The notes beneath the pieces are model-generated. The model was not told the origin of the DNA. It worked only from the letters and a program-made list of their open reading frames with translations, and made no database searches. This document shows positions 30,726 to 40,132 of a stretch of DNA of 64,000 nt, piece after piece; position 1 is the first letter of the stretch; every line of letters begins with the position of its first letter. The position numbers and the translations under genes were made by a program. Origin of the DNA: Chitinophagales bacterium (GTDB lineage: Bacteria; Bacteroidota; Bacteroidia; Chitinophagales; Chitinophagaceae); NCBI GenBank assembly GCA_038245055.1, contig JBBRSV010000009.1, positions 911 through 64,910 on the forward strand. The letters run 5' to 3'.

Positions 30726-31727
30726 ATGTTTATCGTACAAAGTTATTCTGTGGCAGTTTTATTCTGTATAGTTACTATGTTCTGTTGGGGATCATGGGCA
30801 AATACACAAAAATTAGCCAGTAAAAGCTGGCGGTTTGAATTGTTCTATTGGGATTACGTGATAGGGATACTTATATTCTCCATTATTTCCGCTTTCACAT
30901 TAGGCAGTTTTGGCAATGGGGGAAGAAGTTTTTCAATTGATTTACAGCAGGCAGGTATAGCTAATATAGGCAGTGCTTTTCTCGGCGGAATTATTTTTAA
31001 TGCGGCTAATATACTTTTATCTGCAGCCATTGCTATAGCGGGAATGGCAGTCGCTTTCCCTTTAGGTATAGGAGTGGCTTTGGTGTTGGGTGTACTGGTA
31101 AATTATGCCGGAGATCAGAAAGGTAATCCGCAATTTCTATTTTTAGGAGTAGCAATAATCGTTATTGCAATTATTTTAAATGCAAAGGCTTACCGTAGAA
31201 GCACATCAGTAGCAAAAAAAGTTTCTTCAAAAGGTATTGTACTCTCTCTTGTAGCTGGTGTACTTATGTCGTTTTTTTATAGATTCATTGCTGTTTCTAT
31301 GGATCTAAACGATTTTGTGCATCCGGCTGTTGGTAAGATGACTCCGTATACTGCAGTGTTCATTTTCTCAGTTGGAATTTTTTTAAGTAATTTTTTATTC
31401 AATACTATTTTAATGAGAAAACCTATTGAAGGACCGCCAACAGGCTACAGGGAATATTTTAGCGGGAGATTTAAGACCCATACGGTAGGCGTTCTTGGCG
31501 GTTTGATCTGGGGGCTTGGGAATTCTTTTAACTTGATAGCAGCAGGAAAAGCCGGTACTGCTATTTCGTATGGTTTAGGACAGGGTGCTACCCTCATAGC
31601 CGCACTATGGGGGGTGTTCGTTTGGAAAGAATTTAAAAATGCTCCAAAAGGAACCAATAACCTTCTAACCTGGATGTTTTTGTTTTTTATACTAGGAATA
31701 GTACTTATAATTTATGCAGGAATGTGA
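30726..31727 (+). CDS. GRP-family/ureide-permease-like DMT transporter
   Basis: CWGSWANTQK, FELFYWDY, AISYGLGQGATLIAALWGVFVWKEF; about 10 TM helices. Confidence 0.85.
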   Translation: MFIVQSYSVAVLFCIVTMFCWGSWANTQKLASKSWRFELFYWDYVIGILIFSIISAFTLGSFGNGGRSFSIDLQQAGIANIGSAFLGGIIFNAANILLSAAIAIAGMAVAFPLGIGVALVLGVLVNYAGDQKGNPQFLFLGVAIIVIAIILNAKAYRRSTSVAKKVSSKGIVLSLVAGVLMSFFYRFIAVSMDLNDFVHPAVGKMTPYTAVFIFSVGIFLSNFLFNTILMRKPIEGPPTGYREYFSGRFKTHTVGVLGGLIWGLGNSFNLIAAGKAGTAISYGLGQGATLIAALWGVFVWKEFKNAPKGTNNLLTWMFLFFILGIVLIIYAGM

Positions 31728-32002
31728 TAGAAATTATTTCATTTTTCGGATAGATAGTTGTTTCGCTCGGTATCTCGCAACATCACCGGTATGAACTTGT
31801 CCATAATCAATTAATCAAATCGTTGATGATTTTATAATCTGTTGACTTTAGATTGTATGCGTTCCCGTTAGTATTAGAAAATAGGAGAATCAAGCCGGGG
31901 AAACGTAAAATAAATTTCCTTAAATCAACATTTTACAGTCTTGCGTTTTTTACTAAAATTTTGCTTTCTCATGCGGTTGCAAGTTTCTGTATGGAAAAAA
32001 CG

Positions 32003-33553
32003 CTATTGAATTTTAGCATAGATAACTGTAACTGCTTTCCCATAATCGAAGCTTCTTCTTGCTTCGATCTTAACTTTATTTTTATCAAAGTGGCAAGTAT
32101 ATCTTTCCGTATGCGGACTTTCAATATATCTTAGAACAAGCTCTAAAGTGTGATCATCTTTCCAGGTATAGCTGGCCGCAATCTTTGCAGGATAAAGCAT
32201 ACTCCTGTTTTCTATTAATTTTGAAGTTAGCGACGGTTCTGGCATATTGGTTAAACCTGTCTGCCATTTTCCTGCGCCAAAATTTATAGGATAAGTCCCG
32301 GCATCAGACTGATACGTGACCTTAATTAGTTCATTTGTAGAAGTGAAGGTGATCTTTTGCAAATGCGAATCATTTGTTGATACCATAAAAGTCTTTTCAT
32401 TGATCTTCGGGGATAATTCCCCTTTGTTTTTAATTGGTAAAGGCAGCGCTAAAGAATGGATTTTGTTTTTCAAAGCGGCATCTGAAGCGGCGTCGGCAGG
32501 CAACGATTTATCTTTAAAGCCCGGTAACAAATATTTCCATACGAGATTAATCTCTTCCTGCATATCAGCAGTTTCGGCTGTAATCGCAAGCGCGGCATCC
32601 TGGTCGGGCATCACAATCATAAACTGGCCAAAAGCCCCGTCGCCTCTATAGGCATTGTGCCTGCATCTCCACATCTGGTAGCAATATCCCTGCAGCCAGT
32701 CACTTGAATCTTTTTTTGATTGCGGTGCCTTTGGATCCTGCATTATTTTTACAGTACTGGCTTCCTTCACCCACCACGCTGGCAAAATTTGTTTACCATT
32801 CCATTTGCCCTGCTGCAAAAATAATTCGGCAAACTTTGCCATGTCTTCGGTCTTTAACCTCAGTCCCCATCCTCCCGTATTTATTCCCTTAGTATCGGTT
32901 TCCCAATCCATTCCATGAATGCCTAACGGATCAAATAATCTTGGCTTCAAATAATCCAAAGTTTTTTGCCCTGTTATCTTTTTTATTATAGCAGAAAGCA
33001 TATAAGCTCCCAAAGAATTATAAAGGAATTGTGTGCCTGGTTCATGAACAATCGGCGTTGAGAGAAACCCGTGTATCCAGTTAGAGTCAATAGCAGGCAC
33101 CGTTGCGGTGGGATCAGGATCTTGCCCGTCAGACATCATCAATACTTCCTTTACCGTAAGCCCGGCAAGCCATGTACTAACGGTGTCGGGTAAGTCATTT
33201 GGAAAAAAAGATACCACCTTATCATCTAATGAAAGCTTCTTTTCATCTATTGCAAAACCTATTGCAGTAGCCGTAAAACTTTTGCTGCAGGAATACAATG
33301 TATGTTCGAGATTATCGCCGTATGGATTCCACCAACCTTCTGCAATTACCTTACCATGCCGCAACAGCATAAAGCTGTGGAATTCCGTTTTACTTTTATT
33401 AGCAGCATCCAAAAATGCAGTGATGTTTTTAGCAGATATTCCGGCTGCTTCCGGAACGCCACGGGCAAGCATAGACGCTTTTTGTGCTGTGGCACTTATC
33501 TGTAGAGATAATAAAATAAATAATAATGGAATAAAAGATTTACGAAGGAACAT
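32003..33553 (-). CDS. Serine hydrolase, beta-lactamase/class C-like family, secreted
   Basis: SCSKS (SxxK) and FLYNS (YxS) motifs, GGWGL; signal peptide. Confidence 0.88.
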   Translation of the reverse strand: MFLRKSFIPLLFILLSLQISATAQKASMLARGVPEAAGISAKNITAFLDAANKSKTEFHSFMLLRHGKVIAEGWWNPYGDNLEHTLYSCSKSFTATAIGFAIDEKKLSLDDKVVSFFPNDLPDTVSTWLAGLTVKEVLMMSDGQDPDPTATVPAIDSNWIHGFLSTPIVHEPGTQFLYNSLGAYMLSAIIKKITGQKTLDYLKPRLFDPLGIHGMDWETDTKGINTGGWGLRLKTEDMAKFAELFLQQGKWNGKQILPAWWVKEASTVKIMQDPKAPQSKKDSSDWLQGYCYQMWRCRHNAYRGDGAFGQFMIVMPDQDAALAITAETADMQEEINLVWKYLLPGFKDKSLPADAASDAALKNKIHSLALPLPIKNKGELSPKINEKTFMVSTNDSHLQKITFTSTNELIKVTYQSDAGTYPINFGAGKWQTGLTNMPEPSLTSKLIENRSMLYPAKIAASYTWKDDHTLELVLRYIESPHTERYTCHFDKNKVKIEARRSFDYGKAVTVIYAKIQ

Positions 33554-34129
33554 AAAATAAAATTATTGGCTTAATTGGAATTATCCCGGATAGTTTGATA
33601 CCGGCTTTGTAGTAAGTTAAAAAAAATAGACAGAAATTGCAGCTTCTTTTTTACACGGAAAATGATTTACGCTTTTTGTCTTTCACCGTAGGGAGGAGAA
33701 ACTTTAGCGACTGTCTTGTTCTATCTATGAAAAAAATCAAGGATTCTATATTTAATAGGTAAGTCACACATGCAGGAAATAGCAAATGAATTTTTGGCTT
33801 TCTGAGAAAAGATTCTTTATTTTTTTGCGTTACAAAGCAATGCCTGTAAATTGAATTTATAACTCGGTTTAGCAAATGTTCTTTGAACTTATTATTGCAG
33901 CCTCTCAGATTTATAAAATATCGATTAATATCTTTTTATCGTTTTTTTGAAACGGAATACACTCTGTATTCTCTATGAGATTACCTAAAATTTTATGTGA
34001 AACTCGATCGCCAGACTAATCCACATAGTAATTGTTCTGTTAGCGCCGTGTTGTGAAATCTCAATGGCATAATCTAATATTGAATCGGAGTTGTATCCCA
34101 CAACAAACCTGATGTGTAATTACCTCTAC

Positions 34130-34156
34130 AAAAAAAGCCCGACTTTCGTGGGCTTT
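34130..34156 (-). terminator. Rho-independent terminator of the small lipoprotein gene
   Basis: Minus strand AAAGCCC-ACGAAAGTC-GGGCTTTTTTT, about 50 nt downstream of the stop. Confidence 0.8.
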
Positions 34157-34205
34157 GTAAAGCTATTGGCGGATTATGGATTGATTTTCATACACCCGCT
34201 GCTTA

Positions 34206-34331
34206 TTATTTGATGTGTCCACCTACGCCCACCTCATGATGTTTGGTACCTATTTTTCCAGATGTATGGCAAGAACTAATAGAGAAACCCATTATCATAA
34301 GCAAGGCAAAAATTATTGAATACTTTTTCAT
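34206..34331 (-). CDS. 41-aa small lipoprotein (below the ORF-track cutoff)
   Basis: MKKYSIIFALLMIMGFSISSC-HTSGKIGTKHHEVGVGGHIK; signal peptide II with lipobox ISSC, tandem TAA TAA, downstream terminator. Confidence 0.75.
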   Translation of the reverse strand: MKKYSIIFALLMIMGFSISSCHTSGKIGTKHHEVGVGGHIK

Positions 34332-34523
34332 GCTATTATGTTTTTTTTATATAATTAATAAAAACCATGCCATTTTTCCTTTTTCACATCTGTTGGTGTC
34401 CTTCCCACAATAGCGCAAGGTAGCAAGGGTTTTGTGAGTTAGCTATACTTGTTCTTCTAATAAACTTTAAATATGGTAGAATCCGTTATCCACCGTCGTG
34501 AAAAGAGATTTGTATATTTACTC

Positions 34524-34622
34524 ATGAGCCGGAAATATAAGTTTCATGATAATGATAAACTCTGTTTTATATCATTTGCAACAGTACTTCGCATAGATGT
34601 TTTTGAAACTTTCGGGATTTAA
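34524..34622 (+). pseudogene. N-terminal remnant of a REP-associated tyrosine transposase (RAYT/IS200-like Y1)
   Basis: MSRKYKFHDNDKLCFISFATVLRIDVFETFGI* resembles the N-terminus I recall for Bacteroidota RAYTs (MSRKYKF..YF.SFA.V.WIDVF); HUH region absent. Confidence 0.65.
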
Positions 34623-34652
34623 TAAAAAGGCAAGCAAGAAATCCTAACTAAA

Positions 34653-35192
34653 ATGTTAGACTTAAACTTTACTCCATTCCCGAACTTAAGAACAGACCGT
34701 CTTGTTTTACGACAACTAAATAGTGACGATGCAAATGAAATTTATTTGCTTCGTTCAGATAAAAGTGTAAACAAATATCTTAACAGAGAAAAAGCAACCG
34801 TAATTGACGATGCGACTAACTTCATAAATAAAATCAAAACCTCAGTTGCGAAGAATGAATCGCTTTATTGGGCAATAGATATTAAAGGAACCAACTCTTT
34901 GATTGGAACAATCTGTTTATTTAGCATAGATATTGAAAAAGACAGAGCAGAAATTGGTTACGAATTAATCCCGAAATTTCAAGGCAAAGGATTTATGCAA
35001 GAATCTATTTCAACTGTAATTAAGTTTGCGTTTGATAATTTAAGAATTAAAACAATAACAGCAGCTCTAACTGCTGATAATTCTAAATCTGTTGCCATTT
35101 TAGAACGAAACAACTTTAAGTTAGACAGAAATTTTACCTACGCATCAAAAGAAGAATTAGAAAACTTGACATGCTTTTATTTAGAACAATAA
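34653..35192 (+). CDS. GNAT N-acetyltransferase, RimJ/RimL family
   Basis: LRTDRLVLRQL, AEIGYEL.PKFQGKGFM, N.KS..ILERNNF. Confidence 0.9.
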   Translation: MLDLNFTPFPNLRTDRLVLRQLNSDDANEIYLLRSDKSVNKYLNREKATVIDDATNFINKIKTSVAKNESLYWAIDIKGTNSLIGTICLFSIDIEKDRAEIGYELIPKFQGKGFMQESISTVIKFAFDNLRIKTITAALTADNSKSVAILERNNFKLDRNFTYASKEELENLTCFYLEQ

Positions 35193-35326
35193 AATCAATG
35201 AATTTAAGTAACACTTTTTTATACGATACCTTGTTTTTTCTTCTAATTGAAAAGTATTTTACGATGTTTTAATCGCTTTTGAAGAATAAATACTAAAAAC
35301 ATCAAAGGGATTGCCGCTATTGAAAA

Positions 35327-36031
35327 ATGAACTACAAACCTTACATCAACATGCAAAAAAAACTCATTGATAACTTCCCTTTTGTTTCATACTCAAAAAA
35401 AACTTATGACATTAATGAAACGAACACTCGTTGCAATCTTTTTTTTGAATGGATGAACACCCGTAGAACAGTTCGTGATTTTTCGGATAAATACATCCCT
35501 GAAAATATAATTGAAAAAATCATTCTTTCTGCCTCCACAGCACCTTCAGGCGCGCACAAACAACCTTGGACATTTTGCGTGGTAAAAAATCCTGAAGTGA
35601 AAAAGCAAATCCGCATTGCAGCGGAAATGGAAGAAAAGAAAAGTTATGAAACCAGGATGACAGATGAATGGCTTAGTGACTTGCAGCCTATAGGAACTGA
35701 TTGGCATAAACCGTTTTTAGAAACCGCTCCTTATCTTATTGTTGTTTTTAAAAGAAGCTATGAATTGGAAAACAATAATTACAAACACCAAAATTATTAT
35801 GTAACCGAAAGTTGCGGTATTGCCTGCGGATTTTTGCTTACTGCAATTCATGATGCAGGTTTGGTTGCATTAACGCATACCCCAAGCCCAATGAACTTTC
35901 TATCAAAAATTTTAAACCGCCCCGAAAATGAGAAACCTTTTTTAGTAATCCCTGTTGGTTATCCTGCAGAAGAATGTTGGGTTCCGGATTTAAGAAGAAA
36001 AAATATTTCGGAAATCTGTGTTTGGATTTAG
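35327..36031 (+). CDS. Nitroreductase-superfamily flavoprotein, iodotyrosine deiodinase-like
   Basis: RRTVRDFS, TAPSGAHKQPW, EMEEKKSY, DWHKPFLETAP, YVTESCGIACG, LTHTPSP. Confidence 0.85.
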   Translation: MNYKPYINMQKKLIDNFPFVSYSKKTYDINETNTRCNLFFEWMNTRRTVRDFSDKYIPENIIEKIILSASTAPSGAHKQPWTFCVVKNPEVKKQIRIAAEMEEKKSYETRMTDEWLSDLQPIGTDWHKPFLETAPYLIVVFKRSYELENNNYKHQNYYVTESCGIACGFLLTAIHDAGLVALTHTPSPMNFLSKILNRPENEKPFLVIPVGYPAEECWVPDLRRKNISEICVWI

Positions 36032-36656
36032 AGTGGCAAAACGACACATTTTCCCGGGGCTTTTGTTCCATCGGGTTTTCAAAGCACACACTATCATAAA
36101 TAAAATCTCAGCTTGAACCCCGATGTATAAAGGCTCGTATAATTACAGGTTCGCATTTAAAAATTCAAAATTCTCGGCAAGCATCGACGTTTTATTCCCT
36201 GGTTTTTTAATGCATAACTTTTTTCAATGAGTAAAATAAAACTGCGCTGGGATAAAACAGTTCTCTTTCAAATGCTGATTTTGCAGTTTTTAAGAGATCG
36301 GGCCATGCCATGTCTCTACTTATTGCACTGAAACCAGGCAGGACGAGAGCGGCCAACTAGTAGAAGTCATATTATATTTTTGCACGGGCGCAGTTTATTC
36401 AGAACAGTATCTTAATATAAATGGTTTTCTATAACGCATAGGCATACACGAAATTCAACAGAAAGTAAAGTCGCTCTTTAAATTTATGTAAGTCCTTTTG
36501 GCATCGGGGTTCCCGACAACTGTTTTAGTTCAGAAGATTTGTTATTGGAAAATCAGGCTGAGATTTTAATGATTTAATAATTGCATAAAAAAAGGCTACC
36601 AATTTAAAAGTCATGTAAGAATATTTGCAAAATGAAATATTTGCAGTCTGAAATCT

Positions 36657-38018
36657 TTAATTCTTTGTGCCTGTATTTACTTTTGATAACGGGAGTTTTT
36701 TCATTGATGTATTCTGCGTAAAAAGAGCGGGCTTTACTTTTGACGGATCGCCCATATAAACCCACGTAAGATTTTTTATGTATTTATTGAATGCATTATT
36801 CAAATCGCTTACACTCACCTTTTTTACATCTTCATTAAAAGTAAGGGCCTTGTGCCAGTCATTATTCACCACTTCAAAAGAGGCGAGTTCATAAGCCTGC
36901 GCACTGTTGGTTTCCTTTTCATAATAGAAATAAGTAAGGTAAGTGCTCTTTTCGTTTTTTAATTCATCGCTGGTGAAACCATCTTTTTTTATTTTGGTTA
37001 TAAGGGTTTCCTCTACACCTATATATTTGTTGGGGTCAGTAGTAGAGACAACTATATTAGCGCTTGGCGAAAGTCCGTTATCCAAATAAGTGTAAGGCGC
37101 ATAAGAAAGCCCGTTATTAGTTCTCACTTCCAAAAAATTCTTATCATAATAAATTGCCATTGCCAGTGTAAAAGCATTGTATTCATCAGAGCCGGGCAAC
37201 GGCGCTCCTGTTACTGCTTGTATGTAATTGGTGGCGAAATCTTTTTTCTCACTTTTAAATGTATTTTGCTTTGGCGAATAAGATGTCTTCTTTACTTCAA
37301 AGGGCTTTCCTGCAGGTATGGAAGCTAACATTGCACTCACGTTTTTCCTGATAAGTTCACTGTCAAGATCTGCCACTACTACAACAACTATTCTTGATTT
37401 TGTAAGCAGCGACTTATAATAATCTTTTGTTTCAGCAACAGTCAAAGGCATTACTGTTTCCTCTTTTCCTTCCGGGCTTTTAGCATAGTCTTTACCTGCA
37501 AAAGCAACCTCTCTTGCAAATTTTGAAATAGCATAATCAGGGTTAGATGCCCTTGCCTTTAATGCATTTATGGCATCCTGTTTTATTCTTGCAAATTCTT
37601 TTTCATTAAATGCCGGAGTGGTTAATGCGTCAACATACAAGGGCCACACAGTATTAAAATCGCTCTTTATACAATTCATTCTAAAACTGGCAAAGTCCAT
37701 AGCGGAATTGCCATACATTTCAGCATCTACTTTATCTAATTTATTTTTAAAGCTATTTTTATCATCTTTTGCGGTACCGCATTCGGTTAATGCCCGCATG
37801 GCAAGGCTTTCGATGCCTGCCTTATCAGCAGGATAATTTTGAACACCACCCTTTATTATGGTTTGTATTTCCACAATATCATTTCCGCTGGGCTGCACAA
37901 TCACTTTCACACCATCAATAATCATCTGGTATGCCTCATTTTTCTGACAAAAGCTGTATTGAGTTATTATCAAAAAGATAGAAGAAAACAGGATCGATTT
38001 TATAGTATTGCTATTCAT
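36657..38018 (-). CDS. M16B peptidase non-catalytic subunit (pair 2)
   Basis: No HxxEH (GIESLAMRAL), EVRTNNGLSYA R/Y motif, signal peptide. Confidence 0.85.
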   Translation of the reverse strand: MNSNTIKSILFSSIFLIITQYSFCQKNEAYQMIIDGVKVIVQPSGNDIVEIQTIIKGGVQNYPADKAGIESLAMRALTECGTAKDDKNSFKNKLDKVDAEMYGNSAMDFASFRMNCIKSDFNTVWPLYVDALTTPAFNEKEFARIKQDAINALKARASNPDYAISKFAREVAFAGKDYAKSPEGKEETVMPLTVAETKDYYKSLLTKSRIVVVVVADLDSELIRKNVSAMLASIPAGKPFEVKKTSYSPKQNTFKSEKKDFATNYIQAVTGAPLPGSDEYNAFTLAMAIYYDKNFLEVRTNNGLSYAPYTYLDNGLSPSANIVVSTTDPNKYIGVEETLITKIKKDGFTSDELKNEKSTYLTYFYYEKETNSAQAYELASFEVVNNDWHKALTFNEDVKKVSVSDLNNAFNKYIKNLTWVYMGDPSKVKPALFTQNTSMKKLPLSKVNTGTKN

Positions 38019-38036
38019 AATTGAAATAATTAAAGG

Positions 38037-39401
38037 TTAAAGGGCTGCTTTAAAAAAAGTATCAGGCTGGTATTGCTTATACATTTCAGGATTAATGATC
38101 ATGCCCGCTACATAAGGCTTGCCGGTTATATATTTGTTTACATAGTTTTTGATGTCTTCCCTGGTTACCTTGTCACAATCATCAAGATAGTTGGTGTAAT
38201 AATCCAGTGAGGTGCTGCACCATTGACTAGTAAGCTGCGGCGGCAGTTGAGATGGTTTTTCCCTTTGCCTTATGTCATCGCGACGCAGGGTTTCTTTAGC
38301 TTCTTTTAATTCTTCATCCGTATAATAATCATCCGCCGCCCACATTTTAATTTGGTTCATAATTTCATCATTACATTCTTTTAATTTATTCGGGTTAGGA
38401 ACAACGAAAATGTTAATTGGCCCTACATACCTTGCTGTTCCGTACCTTACCCTCGCCACTGTTGCCAGCCCTTTATCAACCAAAGCCTGCTGCCATTTAG
38501 AAGAGTTCAATTGTAAAATTGTGGAAAATACATCTGCTGCTATTGTACCTGCAGAATCGTTCCTGTAATCAGGCCCTTGCCAGTAATACATAGCGTAAGG
38601 TGTTTTGGCAATAGTGTTTTGCGTAACAAAATATTGGGTAGATTTTAACGGCGCAAATTCAGGAATAGGAAATTTGACTATCGGGTCAAAGCCACTGCTG
38701 GCCCAGCTTCCATAAATATCTTTGGCAAGCTGAAATGCCTTCTCATGCTGAACATCGCCCGCTATAACAAGAATTGAATTGTTTGGAAAATAATACTTAT
38801 TCTTGATCACCATCATCTTGGCGGGCGTGGCTGTGTTAATTATATTATGAACACCAATAGGCCACTTTCTTGTAAAATTATCACCCCATAATCTTTTTTC
38901 ACACTCATAATCTATCTGAAAACCCGGACTACTTTCAGCCCGCTGAAACTCTCCGTCCACAACAGGCCTTTCTTTTTGCATATCTTCTTCGCGATAAATA
39001 GGAAAGCGAATAGCAGCATTTAAAAATTTCATTCCCTGTGCAAGACTGTCTTTATCGAACGTTAAAAAATAATTTACTCTTTCATTGCCGGTAGTCCCGT
39101 TCCATATAGCGCCAAGTTCCTGCGTTCTTCTTAAAATGTCCGCTTGCGTAGGATACTCTTGATTTGCTTTAAAGAACATGTGCTCAAAAAGATGGGAGAG
39201 ACCGCTATACTCGGGCCCTTCTGTGAAAGCGCCATTTTTTACAGCAATTTCAACCGTTGCCAATGGAACCTTGCTATTTTCAATTACAACTACTTCAAGG
39301 CCGTTATCTAATTTTTGCCAGAAATATCCCGTAGGCAATTCCGGTTGACAAAAAGTAATAACCGGTATCACCATTGAAATAGAGATGAGAAATTTTTTCA
39401 T
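38037..39401 (-). CDS. M16B zinc peptidase catalytic subunit (pair 2)
   Basis: HLFEH, NGTT, ERPVVDGE; signal peptide. Confidence 0.92.
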   Translation of the reverse strand: MKKFLISISMVIPVITFCQPELPTGYFWQKLDNGLEVVVIENSKVPLATVEIAVKNGAFTEGPEYSGLSHLFEHMFFKANQEYPTQADILRRTQELGAIWNGTTGNERVNYFLTFDKDSLAQGMKFLNAAIRFPIYREEDMQKERPVVDGEFQRAESSPGFQIDYECEKRLWGDNFTRKWPIGVHNIINTATPAKMMVIKNKYYFPNNSILVIAGDVQHEKAFQLAKDIYGSWASSGFDPIVKFPIPEFAPLKSTQYFVTQNTIAKTPYAMYYWQGPDYRNDSAGTIAADVFSTILQLNSSKWQQALVDKGLATVARVRYGTARYVGPINIFVVPNPNKLKECNDEIMNQIKMWAADDYYTDEELKEAKETLRRDDIRQREKPSQLPPQLTSQWCSTSLDYYTNYLDDCDKVTREDIKNYVNKYITGKPYVAGMIINPEMYKQYQPDTFFKAAL

Positions 39402-39574
39402 AATAAATGTTTTGGAAAGTAATAATAAATGTAAAAAATTTTGTTGTGATATTTTAGCAATTATTGTAATTTATTTTTTTGCGACCCCCACAAAACATAG
39501 GTGTCGCCTTTTTTTGTTGAGGGTGTATCGGCTGAACGAATTCTGTTTCAAACAAAGAATGATAATGCTTTTCT

Positions 39575-39771
39575 GCCGGGCGCTTAATGTTAAGCCACGC
39601 GGAGCGCAGCCGGGCATCTAAAAGAAATTGACTTGGATTTTTTGCCCCGGCGCGGTTTAAACTGAACATTGTTCAAATCTAAATTATCTCCCGTCTAACG
39701 CCAAGGTATAAACGAACTTCAACAAAAAGTAAATGCACACTTTTACTTTATGTAAGTTGCCTGGGCATTGG
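39575..39771. other. GC-rich structured intergenic tract (several hairpins)
   Basis: GCTTA/TAAGC hairpin (39582-39595), GCCGGGCA/TGCCCCGGC stem (39609-39651), long interrupted inverted repeat 39695-39771. Confidence 0.45.
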
Positions 39772-40132
39772 GATTCACGGTAGCTGGTTTGGGCTGGAAG
39801 ATTGCAAAGGGAAACTGCCAGTATATAGTACATTACATTATACTCCGGTAACGCCGACTTATACACTAATCCGGAATTGTATAAATATTCTTCGGCAAAG
39901 TCTCATCAATCTAAAAAAGTTGAATTTAGTTTTCTAACACATTTGATCGCATAAAATAGCATAAATTAAAAGTGATTTGTAAAATACGAACCACAGAAAT
40001 AGAAGTTGCCGGTTAAAAGATGATTACGGGTTGAATTATTGCAGAACATTCGTTCAAGCGGTAAATTTTTTATTTATTTTTGGCAACATCCTTGCAGCTC
40101 AAATTAAAATCTGCATACATAGAAGAAAAAGT

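Noticed and set aside
33651-33875. 74-aa minus-strand ORF upstream of the serine hydrolase
   Set aside because: TTG start, no recognisable domain, composition of AT-rich intergenic DNA
39661-39690. tRNA-like GTTCAAATC T-loop
   Set aside because: No acceptor, D or anticodon arms
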